Position numbers and translations under genes: made by a program. The notes under the pieces are model-generated. The model was not told the origin of the DNA, did not search any database, and saw nothing but the letters and a program-made list of their open reading frames with translations. Shown here in pieces: positions 48,814 to 63,163 of a stretch of DNA of 64,000 nucleotides (position 1 is its first letter; each line of letters opens with the position of its first letter). The DNA comes from Pocillopora damicornis (lineage: Eukaryota): NCBI RefSeq assembly GCF_003704095.1, contig NW_020844940.1:1-64000 (forward strand). The letters are read 5' to 3'.

Positions 48814-50711
48814 ATGTCGGACTTCCCAGCTGGAACCAACAGCGCTGTATCAGTGCTCCAGGTGCTTCTCCCGTCAGTTCAGGATGCTAAAGATTTAAAG
48901 CTTGCTCATAATCTATGTCAATTATCCAAGTTTGGGGGTGACCCAGTACTTTTTCTTCTAACTCAAGGGATACATGAGTTCTTCTGTGGTAACCTAGACA
49001 GTTGTCTGTCAAGTTGTCAATCTGTGATTGATATCTGTTGGGAGAAATGTAATACGGGTCACTGGAGAGATGTGAATGTAATCTGGAGGGAGACATATTC
49101 GTATGCAAGTTTGTTCAAGGCTCTTTGCCTCGACGGCGTAGGAAGACAGATAGAGGCCATGAAGACTTGTGACATGGGACTTCTGTTAGGGGCCCCCATT
49201 TTGGACAACATTTTAACAAGGCTTGCAACTGAATTTCAGAAAAATGTTAAGTCAAGTAGTATAACTGATCAAGACACAGCAGACAGTACTTTAGGTTGTT
49301 ATGAATCTAAAATTCATTCAAAAGGAGAAGAAACAAACTTTTCAGCAGTTGTGAGATCCAAAGAAAAAAAGAGGTTGAGGGACGACTCAATGAATCTTCA
49401 GCCTGAATCTAGTGGAGATGAACAGTTATCTACAAGTATTAATTCTACAAAGAGAAGGAAGGGTGTTGCAAATTTACCCATAATTGACAAGAATTATGAA
49501 CTGAGCCATGTTTGTTGTCCATCAATCGAAGCTTTTCTCACAAATCACATGCAGAAAGACAAACCAGTAATTCTTGAAGGAGTAATGGATCACTGGCCTG
49601 CAAGAACGAATCATCAATGGAGTATCGATTATCTTAAGAATATCGCTGGTTATCGCACAGTTCCAGTGGAGCTGGGCTCACGTTATACAGATGACACATG
49701 GACACAGAAATTAATGTCAATAGGAGATTTTATTGACAATTATATCAATCCAATTGAAAATGGACAAGAGTCTGAGATTGCTTATTTAGCTCAACACCAA
49801 TTGTTTGATCAGATCCCCGAGTTAAGAAGAGATATCATTACTCCTGATTACTGCTACATTGGAGAAAGTGATAATGAGGTTATCATTAATGCCTGGTTTG
49901 GACCTAAGGGTACAATTTCACCCATGCATCATGACCCTTATCACAATCTATTGGCACAAGTGGTTGGAGAGAAATATATACGACTTTATTCCAAAAGTGA
50001 AACAGGGAAGCTTTATCCTCACAAATCTACCCTACTGAATAACACAAGTCAGGTAATTTGTGTTCCTTTCAGAAGAAACATATTTGTGTACAGTCAGAGA
50101 AATTGTCGTCATTTCTCCTTTTGCAGTTGACCTTCATTCTTTACAGAGATGTTTCCTTGCCTCCCTCAGCATGTTAATATCCACATTAGAAAAGAAAACT
50201 GACCATGTCCCTCTTTCTTACCCTAGTCTGTAAAGGAAGTTAGAGGTATCTGGAGGAGTGTGTTTCCATGGCAACAATTGTTTTTCAGTGATTAATATAA
50301 ATCACTTGATCGACTAAGGTGGATGAGATGGGCCTCTACTGGTAAACCTTCATTTGTGTCTACTCAGCGTATGCCAGTTGGAGCCAGTGGGGAACTACTT
50401 AAAAAGCAGTTAACATGTCAACCAAAGAAGCACAAATACTACTGAAATAACTTCAAATAAGTGTCATATTTGAAATACAATCCTTATTACAAATTAGAGA
50501 TACTTTTACATAAAAATAAGATTTCTATCCAATTTTGTATTTTCAGGTGGATGTTGAAGTGCCTGATCTCGTCAAATTTCCTGAATTCTCTTCAGCAGTT
50601 TATCAGGAGTGTATTTTGAAGGAAGGACAGATGTTGTATATCCCCCCGTATTACTGGCACTATGTCAGGTCCTTGTCTCTCAGCTTTTCTGTCAGTTTCT
50701 GGTGGTCCTGA
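48814..50711 (+). CDS. KDM8: JmjC-domain 2-oxoglutarate oxygenase JMJD5 / KDM8
   Basis: N-terminal [12 protein letters not shown] and [10 protein letters not shown]. JmjC domain with [27 protein letters not shown] and [30 protein letters not shown]. Exon 1 48814-50052 (CAG|gtaatt); exon 2 50547-50711 (VDVEVPD...[25 protein letters not shown]). AATAAA at 50742. Confidence 0.95.
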
Positions 50712-51321
50712 CCGTTGAGCTTTGTCATACTTTTTTAACGCAATAAATGGAATATACAACCTGAGGAAGCCATCTTAAGAGTTCTATCCAGAAAAAGTGA
50801 AGAAATCACGTGGGCAAAGGTCTATTTGAATATTTTCAATTGTGTGACGAGTACTTTGCGTTATAATATATTGGTCTAGAAAACTTGCGCCACCTTCTCA
50901 ACCAATTAGATTTAAAACTCAAACCATTCGCGACAAAGTTACGCGCCTTTTTCGCGCGCCTCAAATAGCTTTCTCTTTGTTATTTGAATATCGATTGTTT
51001 TCTTGTGATGTCTTCTTCCTTTTCGATTGGATGCTGAGAACAGGACTGAAAACATTCCTCCCATGCTTCCTTGGACCGTTTATGCCACTCCTAGAGATGA
51101 TCTTGGATGCTTCATTTTCGTTCCCTATAATTTGACAAGTTTTTGCCGCCTTTTTTGACTCTTTGGGATTGATTTTCTTTTTTCTTGGACGTTTTTCAGT
51201 CTTTCATGAGCGATTTTCTTCAAGGTGTCGTCGACGTTCTTTTGAGCCAAAATCTTGAGATAGCACCTTTCAACACCCTGGAAAAATCAACAGAGAAGAA
51301 AGGTCAAAATATCATTGTTAA

Positions 51322-51529
51322 CCCTCTAACATCGAACATCAGTATGAATACTCTCCAAGCTGTTTTCTACGCATTTCTTAATGTGCTGAGAACGTAATTG
51401 AATATCTTTTACAATAAGAAGCTTCTCGACTTGGAGATAATTTCCTTTAATCACGTGTTTTCAACTTTTTTTTCAGGGGTGATATTGTAAGGAGAAATTC
51501 GATACTGGTCACTCCTACGGGTCATAGGG
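51322..51529. mobile_element. TTAA-MITE family copy
   Basis: ttaa|ccctctaac...aggagaaatt...ggtcactcctacgggtcataggg|ttaa. Confidence 0.7.
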
Positions 51530-54174
51530 TTAACACGTTATTTCGTTACGTAAGACGCGATCTGACCAATCATCTTTTTCAGAGCTATTCGTGAAGTATC
51601 CAAATAACCGTACAATATCGCAGGATATAATTTGTACTCTATTTGCGCGTTATTTTTACTTTACTTCGTGCAGTTGGATAATAATAAATGTTTCTTTACT
51701 GTTCTGTACTGTACTGTACCTCTAACACTTGTGGAACTGCCGACAATTCAACCAATAGTGCTGCAGCCTCACATTGAACCGCTACGAGTCTAGATGACAT
51801 CATAAGGTTGTACACGCTCTGTATGAAACAGCTGACGTTTGGAATAGTCCGTCGGGATTTCTGGTGAAATTAAAACCAAATTAGAAATCAGTGACAAAAC
51901 TCAGGTCAAACAAAGTTTGAAAGAACATCATCTTTGCTGTTATCTGACTTGGCATGGAGGCAAATCAAAATTGTTAATTTTTCGTGCTAAACATCGTGAA
52001 TTACGCCAAAGGGACATAACTTTCTATCCCTCACTCTTAATAAACTACATGTTTTTAATGGTCTCGAACTTCCTTTTTAGAACAAAATACCCTGTCCACT
52101 GAGCTGTTTCGCCATCCTTTAGTTTATGACGGTCCTCACAACATATCAGGTGATACTTGATTTGAGAGCAACTTGTGGTGAAAAATCAAACGCTGTGTTT
52201 ATGGTGATGTTTTGAATAATAGATTGATATGTGATTCGACATGATCAACACCGTTCGACTCAATATCATGAAAGTGACAGATTTCAAGAAGTCGCTTTTG
52301 GGGGCCTTTTGATCAATCTGTTTGGAATTATGTGCTTATGAGAAGTGGAAGGAGAAGCTTTGTGCAAAACATCCAACTGAGAGTGCTCCATAAAACCAAG
52401 TTTTTAGAAATTCAAGATACCATTAAGTGACCCTAACGGAGCTCGAGATAAAGGTATATTGATAAGCGGGGAAACTATCACTCCTTTCAGATTGAAACGA
52501 GTATCCATAAGGTCTAATAAGGTCTAGAACGGGAGAGGCTGGTTTTTCTAATACTTTCAAGTTATGCTATCTCCGTAGGTTAAGCTAAGTATTAAAAAAA
52601 ATTAGAATAAAGGGTCTAAGCTTCAGAGCTTTTCTGTAATTATGAAGACAAGAGTTGAGATTTTTTGTATCCCACAGTTGATTACAGCGTTGTGATCAAT
52701 ATCTTTACAGCGATTAAGCCTCCAACAATCCTTGCGGATTGGTCTCGGGTCACTTTGGAATTTCATGGATCGAAGGCCTTCCGGTTTGTCTAATAAACAG
52801 GAATCCAAGTGATTTTAACGTATTGAACGAATTTCAGCCTCAATATCCGCTCTGTCATGACACATAATCTACCGGTAAATCCTCGCGAAAAAAGACAGAT
52901 AGAAGCATGTGACGTTCTTAAATCATGTGGGATAAGATCAAGGAAATGTAATGTGACGCGAAACTGAAAAAATCTTTTGGGTAACGCCCCTGAGCAGGAT
53001 GTGTAAAAATACAGAACTATATTATTTCCATATGAGATTCTTTCACGCTTCAACACAATTCACAGTATGACTCGCGGTATTTTTAACTCAGTAAATACAA
53101 GTCCCATGAAAACCACCGTCTTTTCAATAAGTTAGTGCCACATTGTGCTATGAAACACCTAAATAAAAATCTAATAACTGACTTGACGGGCTCTTTGATT
53201 GGTACTGATAATGAAGTATAATAACGCGACTGAATATTCTGTTAATTACATCAAACTCAAATGGGTTTTCATACGGTAAATTAAAATAATGAAACAGTTG
53301 TGAACTCACCCTAAAACCGTTATCACCCCGAAGAAACATAACTGTAAGTAGTGTACAGTGAAGTGGGATGTACACAGTACAAATCACAAGATATCACTGT
53401 TGTCAAAGTACGAGAACGTCACTCGGGCGGACTTTCGACTGTCCCTTTTCCTGATCTTGATAAATTCAACCTTTAAAGATTGTATCAAAAGCGTTTTCCT
53501 CGAAAAGTATTTTTCGAAATTTCCCTGATACACCGTGAGAACTGTAGACTTGCGAGTCGGCGTAGTCTGTGGGGCTGATCCGTAACAAACGCTTTCACAG
53601 TTTGTCACTTGTTTCTGTGAGTAGGTGGTTTCGTGACCGGAAGTGAATTTCCTTCATATCTCCGCAGGCCCCCCCTACGTGAGGCATTTGTGTCGTGGGT
53701 TTATCGTTTTTATGACGCACTCAGTTGTGGCTGGCTGATCATGTGAAAAGCAAATGACTCAGAGTACTTAATCTGAGAAACTTTACTTTGAAAACAAAAG
53801 ATGAAAACAAAGTATCTGAATAAATTTGAATAATCGACTTTCAAAACTTCCGAAAGTAAGCGGAACAGTTGTAAACAAATATATTTAGTGTATCAAAACA
53901 GAAGTTCATTTCTTGACGTTTCCGATATTCAAGGATAAATCAGTGTATCAAACCAGTGGCTCCAACAGACCGACTCTCACGCAAACAATATTTTGACTGA
54001 TAACCAGCTCCAACAAAACAGCGTGATCTGTCAGCGGTATGTCTTGCAGGCTCGCAAAAATGTGAAAAAATGGCGGTAATGCAGTGGCGAAATGATTTGT
54101 AAAATATACAGTTGAGCATTGTTTCGTATCCTGTAATCATTTATACTTCAAAGAAGGCTTGAGCGGACAGTACC

Positions 54175-57100
54175 ATGGATTCTGTAGCCGAGGACGATAT
54201 AACTCTTCCTCTAGATTTTGATCGGAGGTAATTTGACAATGACATCTTAATAGTGTTTCGCTTTGTTTGACAAGTTGTTTTGGGTTCATCGATCGCTGTG
54301 CGGTTTTGTCCGGGGTTATTAATCCTTCGGGTTGATCTATTATTTATATTGATAGTCTTTCATTAGCTTCATTTGCAGCTTGAATAAAGCTTATTTTGAT
54401 TCTAAATTTCATCCCCTTAGCACTAACCTCGCAAGGTTCAGGGAGGCTGTTGTGGCGGGCACGGGAGGTGACATGTTGGATTCCTCCGCTGAATTTTCCG
54501 AGGGGTTAACAGTACGACCTACAACAACAGGTTAGGATTTCTATTTTTGCTTCAGAGTTCCGCTCCATCGTCGAGCTGGGGATCTCGCATCTCAGGCGCC
54601 AATGGCTCATTTGTAATTCATTACTTTGCCATTTTTCCAAGGCATGCAGTGCACGTATACGTAATCCCTGTCAACTTTTTGAGATTTCCAACCTTGTAAA
54701 ATTGGTCAGGAATTTCGAAAAGCCACACTAGCCTGTTTAGCTTAGACAGTGTGAACGTCAAGATAAGAGACAATTTGGATTTGTTACTCTTTGTTGCCCG
54801 TGTGATTGTGAGCAGTTGTTCATAATTTAGACATAAGGATTACAGTCTCGTAATTTGAGTCTTAAGATGAGATGTCTGTCTATAAGAATATCACGCAGTT
54901 GAGATAACAGCTTTCAGTTTAGAAAAAAATTGTTTTCTCTGTAGTGTAGTTAAGTTCATAGTTACTATAACAGTGTTACTAATAAACATAATTATAGCTA
55001 CGGTATAGTTATCAACATAATTACAGCTTTAATTACCATGACACAGCATCTGCCAGAGTGCAGTCATGATCAACACATGAATTCTTTCCACAATACCAAA
55101 ACATTGTCTAGCCAACAGGTAATAAGAAGCAAGAAATTGATCCGTTTTGTAAGATCTTGATGGAATGATAAACTCTCATAGCTTATTTTAAAGGAAATGT
55201 GAGGAAAGGAGTAGAGAGAATTTTGATTCAGATCACTTGGAAGGGTTCCAAATGTTTTAGTTTAGTGTTCAGGCGCAAAAATCAGAAATTCAGTCTTCCT
55301 TTACAATATCAAACTTGCAGACTAAAATCTAAATGGATGAGTAATAACATTCATATACTTTGACCCATTCTTTCTGCATTTTTGACCCATCACTTTGGGA
55401 AAGACAGAGCTTAGAAACTTTAGATAAATTGAGGGACAAACTGCATGTGCATCAAGAATCTTGTACACTAGGTACACTACAGTGAAAATAATAAGCTGAA
55501 GTACACTTTATCTCCTTCTAGGTGCAGCTAATCAAGACAGTGGTGGGTCTCCTCAAACAAAAACAATGAAAGACTATGAATATGTAAGTGAACTTTAACA
55601 GTGATACAGTGTTCTAATCCTTTGTTAGACTTGAAATAAAAGAAACTCTTTGTTTCTCACCATTATGAAACTACAGCATTAGGTCAAGATTTCTTGGATA
55701 GTGGACCATCTTTTTGCTTGGACTGTTTCTTCCCCTTGGAATATGAAGCAGCCAAAAAGAGTTCTGTACTATTGTTAATTGTAAGAATTTTATCTGATCA
55801 CTCCAAGAGTTTACTTGTTCCTTAACAATCTCAGAAACATATTTTAGAAAGGTGCAACTTCATCAACTGATTATGCCTGGCTGCAATTGTAACAACCCTC
55901 TCATTCTCAATTATCTCTTTACCGACCCCAAAAATTATGGTTATAGATCACTAAGTATACAGGGTTGATTTTTATCCAATTCTTTTGGTCAGTTTATCAG
56001 CTTTATGCAGTTAAAAATTAATTTTGATATCAGTTTCAATAATTCCCAGGAGCTGACAAAAGCTTTTTACAGATGTGTGTGTCTGAGCTTCCTGTCCACC
56101 TGTGCTTCAATAGCCATATTACTTACACAGTTAAAAGCAGTTGGAATTATTCTTCTTAAAATGCGCATATTTGAAGCCTATTTTTTTTCCATTTTTTACA
56201 ACTAAATTTGAAGTGAACTTTTATTTCAGTTCTTCTTTAGTTTGAATATTTATATTCTTCTTATATTCAAAGTGGCCCCTGTTGATAGAGGGAAAATGAA
56301 AATTTAAGGCATTTCAGGGTTACAGCTGACAGCATTAAGGAGTAAAAAGTCTCAACTCAAGGATGAATATTTTTGAGGTCATTTGGCTAATGTGGGCAAG
56401 ATTTGCATTTAAAGGATAACTTTATTTTTTCAATTAAACCATGGCCAAACAGCTGAATGAGGTTTGAACAATATTTATCTGCAAAATTGTCAAAATATTA
56501 CAGCAGGAATTGTGATTTGTTTCCATGTTGGATTTTTGTCTTAGGATTGTCTGGAGGTGGCTGAAAAATCAACACAATTAAAAAATATAATTTTTGTGTG
56601 CAATTAATTACATTCTGCTTTGTCTGTTCATAGCAAATATCAGAGCTAAAGAAAGAAAATTTTGGTTTGAAGCTGAGAATTTATTTCTTGGAAGAACGTG
56701 TTAACCAGAGTGGTGATGTTCCAGAGGACATTTTCAAGGCTGTAAGTAAAATTGACTTTTTATAAACTAAATTTCCTGTTATTTGTTTATTTCTTGATTG
56801 AAAGTATCAACTTAATTACTCAATAAATTCCATTTACTTCATAAATTTTTAGAATGGAGTTAATGCAGTATACAGCTTGACTTACTGTAGAAGAAAAAAA
56901 TCAATTTATTCCATTTTAGATTAAAAGATTTTAAAGTCATCTTAGTGAAAAGGTTACATGTACTTTTTGTAAATTAAGGAATTGTAGAGGTTTGGTGTAC
57001 TAAGCAAAAAGGTTTTGAAATTTTTAACCCTTTCACTCCCAAAATCTCCTTAGAAAATCTCCTTACTGTTTGCCATACAGTTCTTATGATGTCAGTTTTG

Positions 57101-60100
57101 AGAATTTGGTACTGGATCCCCTTATTGATATTTTTCTTTATTCTCATCACTCATATGCTTGATATTGTATTGATATCGTGAGGAGAAATTCTGTCTTGGT
57201 CACTCATGGGAGTTAAAGAGTTGATGGATTAGGGATTTTAGTTTGAGATGAGCTATGGCACAAAATTGACAGCCTAAGGAAACAGTGTTAAGGAAGAAAT
57301 CAGGAACAAATTGAAAGCTTAATTATCACGATCTCAGTTGAAACATAGAGAAACTCACTCTCTCAGTTTAATAATTTTTTTAAATCAATTTTATTAAATT
57401 ACAGATTGAAACATATGTACCCATATGTAATTATATAAATTTTTTTTTTTAATTCATTATTTGAGAAAATCATTTTTATTTTTTGTCAAAGAACATTGAG
57501 CTTAAAGTGACAGTGGAAAAGCTGAAGAAAGAATTGGTTGAAAGACAGGAATTGCTGGTTAAAGCCTCGTAAGTGCAAACTGTGTAATTTTAACTGAAAT
57601 TCCAAAAATACTAATTTTAGTCACAAAAAATGCCATAGCTTGATTTTCACTCATTGATAAAGCACTTACATCTCTCTTTTCTTTTCATGCATTTTTATAC
57701 TTCTCATTTGCAGTTTACATCCTGTCTAGTCTTTCACCTTCTCTATTTTGTTTCATGTTCAGTGATGTGCCAAGTTTCATTCTAGGAGAGTGAAACACAC
57801 CCTGTTTGGAATTGATTTTAAATTAGATTTTTCCCCTCTTAGGAATGCAGTGGAAACCTTTGCTCAAAATAATGACACACAGATTAAACAGGTGGGTATT
57901 ATTTAAATACCGGTAGCAATCAGTGAACAATGACAATATACTGAACATGTTGCCTGGTTCGGTTTAAGTAATTCTGATAGTGTTGGTATTGATGACAGTG
58001 AGTGATGTTTTGGCAACCCTGAATGAAAGCTATGTTCAGAGTTATCTGAGGATCTGTTTGTTACTACAAAAACCACAGATTTGTGAAATGGGCCTGAAAT
58101 CGTGCCCACTCCACTGCTTACGTATCGCATAGTTCCAATTGCTGAAGTGTCATGTTAGATGTCATGGCAGAGCTAAGCGCATCTGGGATGTTTTATTGTC
58201 GTGGAAAAGCTCCTTGAAAAGACATAAGGAGGAAGATAATGCTAGACATTATCAAAAAAAGGGGGAACTTCACCACAGCCTTTTCTTTGTAAGAAGTTTC
58301 TATGGCTACCAAAGAAAACAGGGTTAAGTATGAAACATTAAAAAAAAATTGGAAGGAGGAAATGGATATGAAAACATGAAGAATGGGAATGGAATGTGAT
58401 GTAACTGTTTAATGAAAGTGGGAGGGACAGGGATGTGTAAATGTAGCCCTGTTTCACAGGTTGGTGGTTTTCACAGTACTTGATCACAAAGTAGTGGGCC
58501 TGATTGTTACTATTTTATGTGCATAAAAGTTTGCTGTTCGTGGCCTTTTCAACATTTTTGAAAACTATTGTTATAATATCCACTCAAAAGTAAGGCCAAG
58601 AAGGCTTAGCTACAGGCAGAAAAGAATCCAGGCTCTGTGTACTTATTTAATGCTGTTTAACCACACAGCTTACAGAAGAACACAATGAAGAACTGAGAGA
58701 GATCAGGGAAGGATATGAAACAAAACTTAAAGAAATGGAACAGGTTTGATGTTTTATTTGTTAAATGGTGTCTCCAGAAGGGTTCAATTTAGATTTAAAA
58801 GACCACATAAATTTTTATGCAGTGTCATAAAACAAAAACCAACTCTGATGTAATCACAATGACCAATCAAGACAATGGAATGTGTTGTAGAAAGCTAGTA
58901 AGAACTTCAAGCTGGTTTCAGTTTTGTATGTCATTTATTGGGGGTGGGGGGGGGGCAGGGGGTAAAGAACTCTGTAAGCCTTTCAGGCAGTGTACAATAA
59001 ACAGTAAAGAAAAACATGTAGCCATCCTCAATGGAACCAGGAGACACATTGCTTTCAGTTTTCTGATTGAATTCTTGAATATTGCTGGTCATTTTATGCT
59101 CTCTCTGTTTCTAGGAATTGGCAATTGCTAAAAATGAACTTGAGGACACAGCTGATAGGCTTGTAAGTGACTCAAACTGTTACTTTTATGAAGAAAGATG
59201 TTTTCGTCTTGTCACGAGCATGGGACAAAAAAAAATTTCTGAGTCCCCATGAGGAATCGAACCTCAGACCTTCAGATTCTGTGCCCCAATGTTCTACTAC
59301 TGAGCCACAGAGACTCCATGGTGAGCAAGGTCTACTATGAAGTTCACATGACATGTGTCCTGCATACTGCTAGGATCAGCAATGTTACTTTTATGTTGCT
59401 TGATAATAGCCCTTTGTTATTTTATAGCTCTAGGTCAATTATCAGACCTTATAACTTGTGAATTATCTTATTCAAGCAAACAACTTTCATAACTCAGATA
59501 CAATCACATTAACTGTCTGACCCATTAAAAGTGACGTGCATCTAACCTTTCCTCACAATATCAACCCTAAATCAAACATTGAGGTCACAAGAATAATAGC
59601 CTGCAGTGCAGGCGTCTTGTTAGTGCAAGCTAACGCTAAAAAGCTCGCGATCGGTTGTTCGACCGGCCATTTTTGATTTGCAGTTAGAGTGGATGGTGAG
59701 GGTAGGGGGTGGGGGAGGGGAGAAAAATCTTCACTCCCTTNNNNNNNNNNNNNNNNNNNNNNNNNNNNNNNNNNNNNNNNNNNNNNNNNNNNNNNNNNNN
59801 NNNNNNNNNNNNNNNNNNNNNNNNNNNNNNNNNNNNNNNNCCTTCCTCTTAGTTTGTTAATAAGGAGTATTTGGTATGTATTTTCTCAATCTTTTTTTTT
59901 CTAAAGGTTGCCATGAAGGCCACTTTAGATGAGAAAGACAGGTAAAAGTGAACTACACATTTCCTTAATATTTACTTTCTTGATCAGATACTTTTGCTTA
60001 CATGACATCAGCAAGGTTTACATACATATTTGATCTTCCAGTTAATACATTTAAATATTGACACTTACTGGTGATCTCTCTGATGCCCTTGTCTCATTTT

Positions 60101-62313
60101 TCAGGATGATAGATGATTTGAGAGGGTCTCTTGCTTCTGTACAGGCAGAGAACAGGGTTAGTTGGTTTTTCAACACTTCTCAAATTTCTTTTGACTGATT
60201 TTCGAATCCTCTGTGTTTAGGTGGTCAAAGTATTTTTTCAGACCCTGGCTAAGATTGAGCTTACTCTGTGATGATCTGTAACAATGAAGGCAATGGCAAT
60301 AATGATGACAGCAGCAACAGTAATGAAAGCAATAACAACAATAAATAATTGTTATACAGGTCATGATAGTTATTTGCTAGAATGAGAGGGATATATTTCT
60401 AAAGTTCTAATTAATTATGAATTTTTTTTTTCAGGATTTGAAAGAAAATTTGGACAACCTGAAGGATATTCAAAGCCAGCTGGAGCAAAACATCCCCCAT
60501 GTATGATCAATTATTAGTGAAAACATTTTTGGGATGACATTAAATGCATACATACATTGGAGTGTCTCACACTCTTGTCAATTTGTTTATCTACATATAT
60601 TTTCTATATTTTTCTGCTGTAGTGTAACTGGCTGATTTTTATGTAAATCAGTATTTATAGTACAGCCTGAAGGCTAGAAAGTACTGGTAGATTTTGAAGG
60701 GATTCCTGGGATTAGTGGCCATTCGATCCTTCCTAAAAGTATTTTAGTGCACAATTTCAAAGTTGCCAGATTGCTATTTGATCAGTAAGCCTTTATTACA
60801 CATACATGCTCTTCAATGGGAGTAATTATCTGTGTGTAACAGGAGTTATCACTTGAAAGGTTTGAGAACTGGGGTCATGAATGAAAATGGTTACTGAGAA
60901 ACTACTAGGGGAGATGTGAATAAATGCTAGGGATTAACCTCATTAGGGTGGTATCCCCTCAAAGAAGGCTTGCAACAAACTGAATCACTTCAACTTTTGG
61001 GTACAAAAAAATCTGGGTTTAAATTCAGCATAAATTACACCTGCAACACCTGATCTCTTCAGATGGGTGGAAAAATTTTGGGAGACTTTTCTGCAGTATT
61101 TTGTTAATACATAGATAACATTTCTTAATGGTATGTCTTCTTTCTTCATAACAGAGTTTAGAAATGAATGAGAAACAGATCCTAGAGTGCCAGAGGAGAA
61201 TCAAACAGCTGACAGAGGAACTAGAAAACAAAAACCATAAATTAGAGGTAAGCTCACAATTCAAAGTTTACATATCAGGTCATCATGGGTAAGAATTAAC
61301 TCTGAAATAAGTTTTTTAATGTAAATCTGGTAATGAACCAACTGTGCGTTTTTGCTCTGATAAAGGAACTGAAGGAGAAAGCCAAGAAAACAGAGAGGAC
61401 CAACAGGGTAAGAATCACTGTTTTTCCTGCAGTTGTATGAATTGCTTAAATAATGCGTCTAAGTGGTGGAAAGTTTAAGAAAGGGTTTGGAGGTTTTTGA
61501 CTACTTTGGTAACCACTGTAAAGGACCATTCACCACCAGACTATTCCAGTGTTTCTACCAGTTTCAGTAGCGTGAGGTAGCTACAACCTTGGACGCACTT
61601 TGTTCAAAAATTCACATTTCAAATAATTAATTTTGTCCTAAAAAATGCACTCCCACCTNNNNNNNNNNNNNNNNNNNNNNNNNNNNNNNNNNNNNNNNNN
61701 NNNNNNNNNNNNNNNNNNNNNNNNNNNNNNNNNNNNNNNNNNNNNNNNNNNNNNNNNNNNNNNNNNNNNNNNNNNNNNNNNNNNNNNNNNNNNNNNNNNN
61801 NNNNNNNNNNNNNNNNNNNNNNNNNNNNNNNNNNNNNNNNNNNNNNNNNNNNNNNNNNNNNNNNNNNNNNNNNNNNNNNNNNNNNNNNNNNNNNNNNNNN
61901 NNNNNNNNNNNNNNNNNNNNNNNNNNNNNNNNNNNNNNNNNNNNNNNNNNNNNNNNNNNNNNNNNNNNNNNNNNNNNNNNNNNNNNNNNNNNNNNNNNNN
62001 NNNNNNNNNNNNNNNNNNTTAAATCTGTAAACCAGAGTAGCATCAAACCATGTCTGATTGTCCACCTGGTTGTCGTTTGAACTTTAATGTATTTTATGGC
62101 CCTTGTTAGCAAGGTTGCAGTTGGAGATAGGGACATCAGTTAGCTCCCACAGCTCTAACGTGTTCGCCCAGTGATGTGCTTGTAAATGAAAACTTGCGGA
62201 CAAATGTGTAATTTTGTTTTACTGTTGGTCAGGAGTTGAGAAATCAGCTTCATGATAAGGAAAGGGAACAGCATCTTAATTCAAGGAACTCCACCGATAA
62301 TTCACTATCTCTG
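54175..62313 (+). CDS. CDK5RAP2: CDK5RAP2 / myomegalin / centrosomin family protein, 5' part (continues beyond the last exon found)
   Basis: Start MDSVAEDDITLP. CM1 (gamma-TuNA) motif TMKDYEYQISELKKENFGLKLRIYFLEERV, then NIELKVTVEKLKKEL..LLVKAS and coiled coil. Exons 54175-54227, 54421-54530, 55522-55583, 56634-56741, 57492-57568, 57843-57891, 58669-58743, 59115-59162, 59907-59941, 60105-60156, 60435-60500, 61155-61247, 61366-61407, 62233-62313. Likely co-ortholog of CDK5RAP2 and PDE4DIP. Confidence 0.85.
57028..57220. mobile_element. TTAA-MITE family copy
   Basis: ttaa|ccctttcactccca...catgggagttaaagag. Confidence 0.75.
59192..59386 (-). mobile_element. tRNA-derived SINE
   Basis: The minus strand shows Pol III A-box TGGCTCAGTAG and B-box GGTTCGATTCC in tRNA-like spacing. 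Degenerate copies lie at ~26709 and ~35210-35385. Confidence 0.7.
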
Positions 62314-62911
62314 GTGAGAATAACACATTTTTCTGTTCAGAATTATTCATGGACTGCAATTTCTCCCTACAATATTTCCCTTGAATCAAATCAAGAAATT
62401 ATTGATCTTCAATCTAAGAAGCTCCTTATTGTCAAACAATTATCCAAGTCAGTACTGTTGAAAACAAAAAGAGAACAATAGGGAGAACGTGAATACTAAT
62501 GTTAGAGTAAATGCATATTCTTCATATTGTTCTTTAAACTTTTCCTAGGGTGCTGACAAGGAGAATTTGTCTAACAATCAAGAGCTTCTTTAGTTGGTGA
62601 TCAGTTCCTTTATTCTCCTGGCCTTAATAATAGATTCAGGGGTGATATGGTAAAGAGAAATTAGATGCTAGTCACTCTTAGGGGTTAAACGATTAATGGC
62701 TTGAAATAAGGAGTAACAATTAATTTGGTGAGAGTAGTCCTGAACAAGACTGTTGTCGGCGGTAATGATCGACGTTTAAACAACCAAGCAAAAGTCATCC
62801 TTAGAGTCTTTCAGCCAATAACATCATGGCAAAGCTGCCAGATCAGTTTTCACAAATCATTTTTGTTACAATTGACTTACAGATAGCTCCTCCTTGGAAA
62901 ATAACTATTGG

Positions 62912-63163
62912 TATATACCACACAGGTGAATAGAACTATTCGCGCGCGCTGATTGGTTAGTTCGGAAGTGACTAACAAGTATTATTCACCTTCGAGCAGC
63001 CGATGAGACGAATTCGCGCGTCGGGAGTTTAATTTCCGATTATTTTCGGTGAATTGACAGAAATAAGCTGATTTTTTGGTTTCTGTAGGTTACCTACTGA
63101 AACAGTTATTCACCTCATTGTCGGTGAAAGAGGTGAATATTCATTTCGGTGAATAATGGTTAA
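62912..63163. repeat. Interspersed repeat / MITE-like sequence
   Basis: CpG-rich block in an intron with repeated ggtgaata / tattcacc inverted motifs. Confidence 0.4.

Noticed and set aside
50262-50275. RFX X-box gtttccatggcaac in the KDM8 intron
   Set aside because: Isolated motif far from a TSS with no supporting context.
52623-53608. Small minus-strand ORFs and exon-like signals upstream of CDK5RAP2
   Set aside because: They could not be joined into a convincing coding frame; at most a divergent non-coding transcript.
59246-59318. tRNA gene
   Set aside because: A and B boxes are present, but the cloverleaf is imperfect and it is embedded in a repeated SINE context.
7167-62136. Numerous long ORFs consisting mostly of X
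   Set aside because: Artefacts of N gaps.
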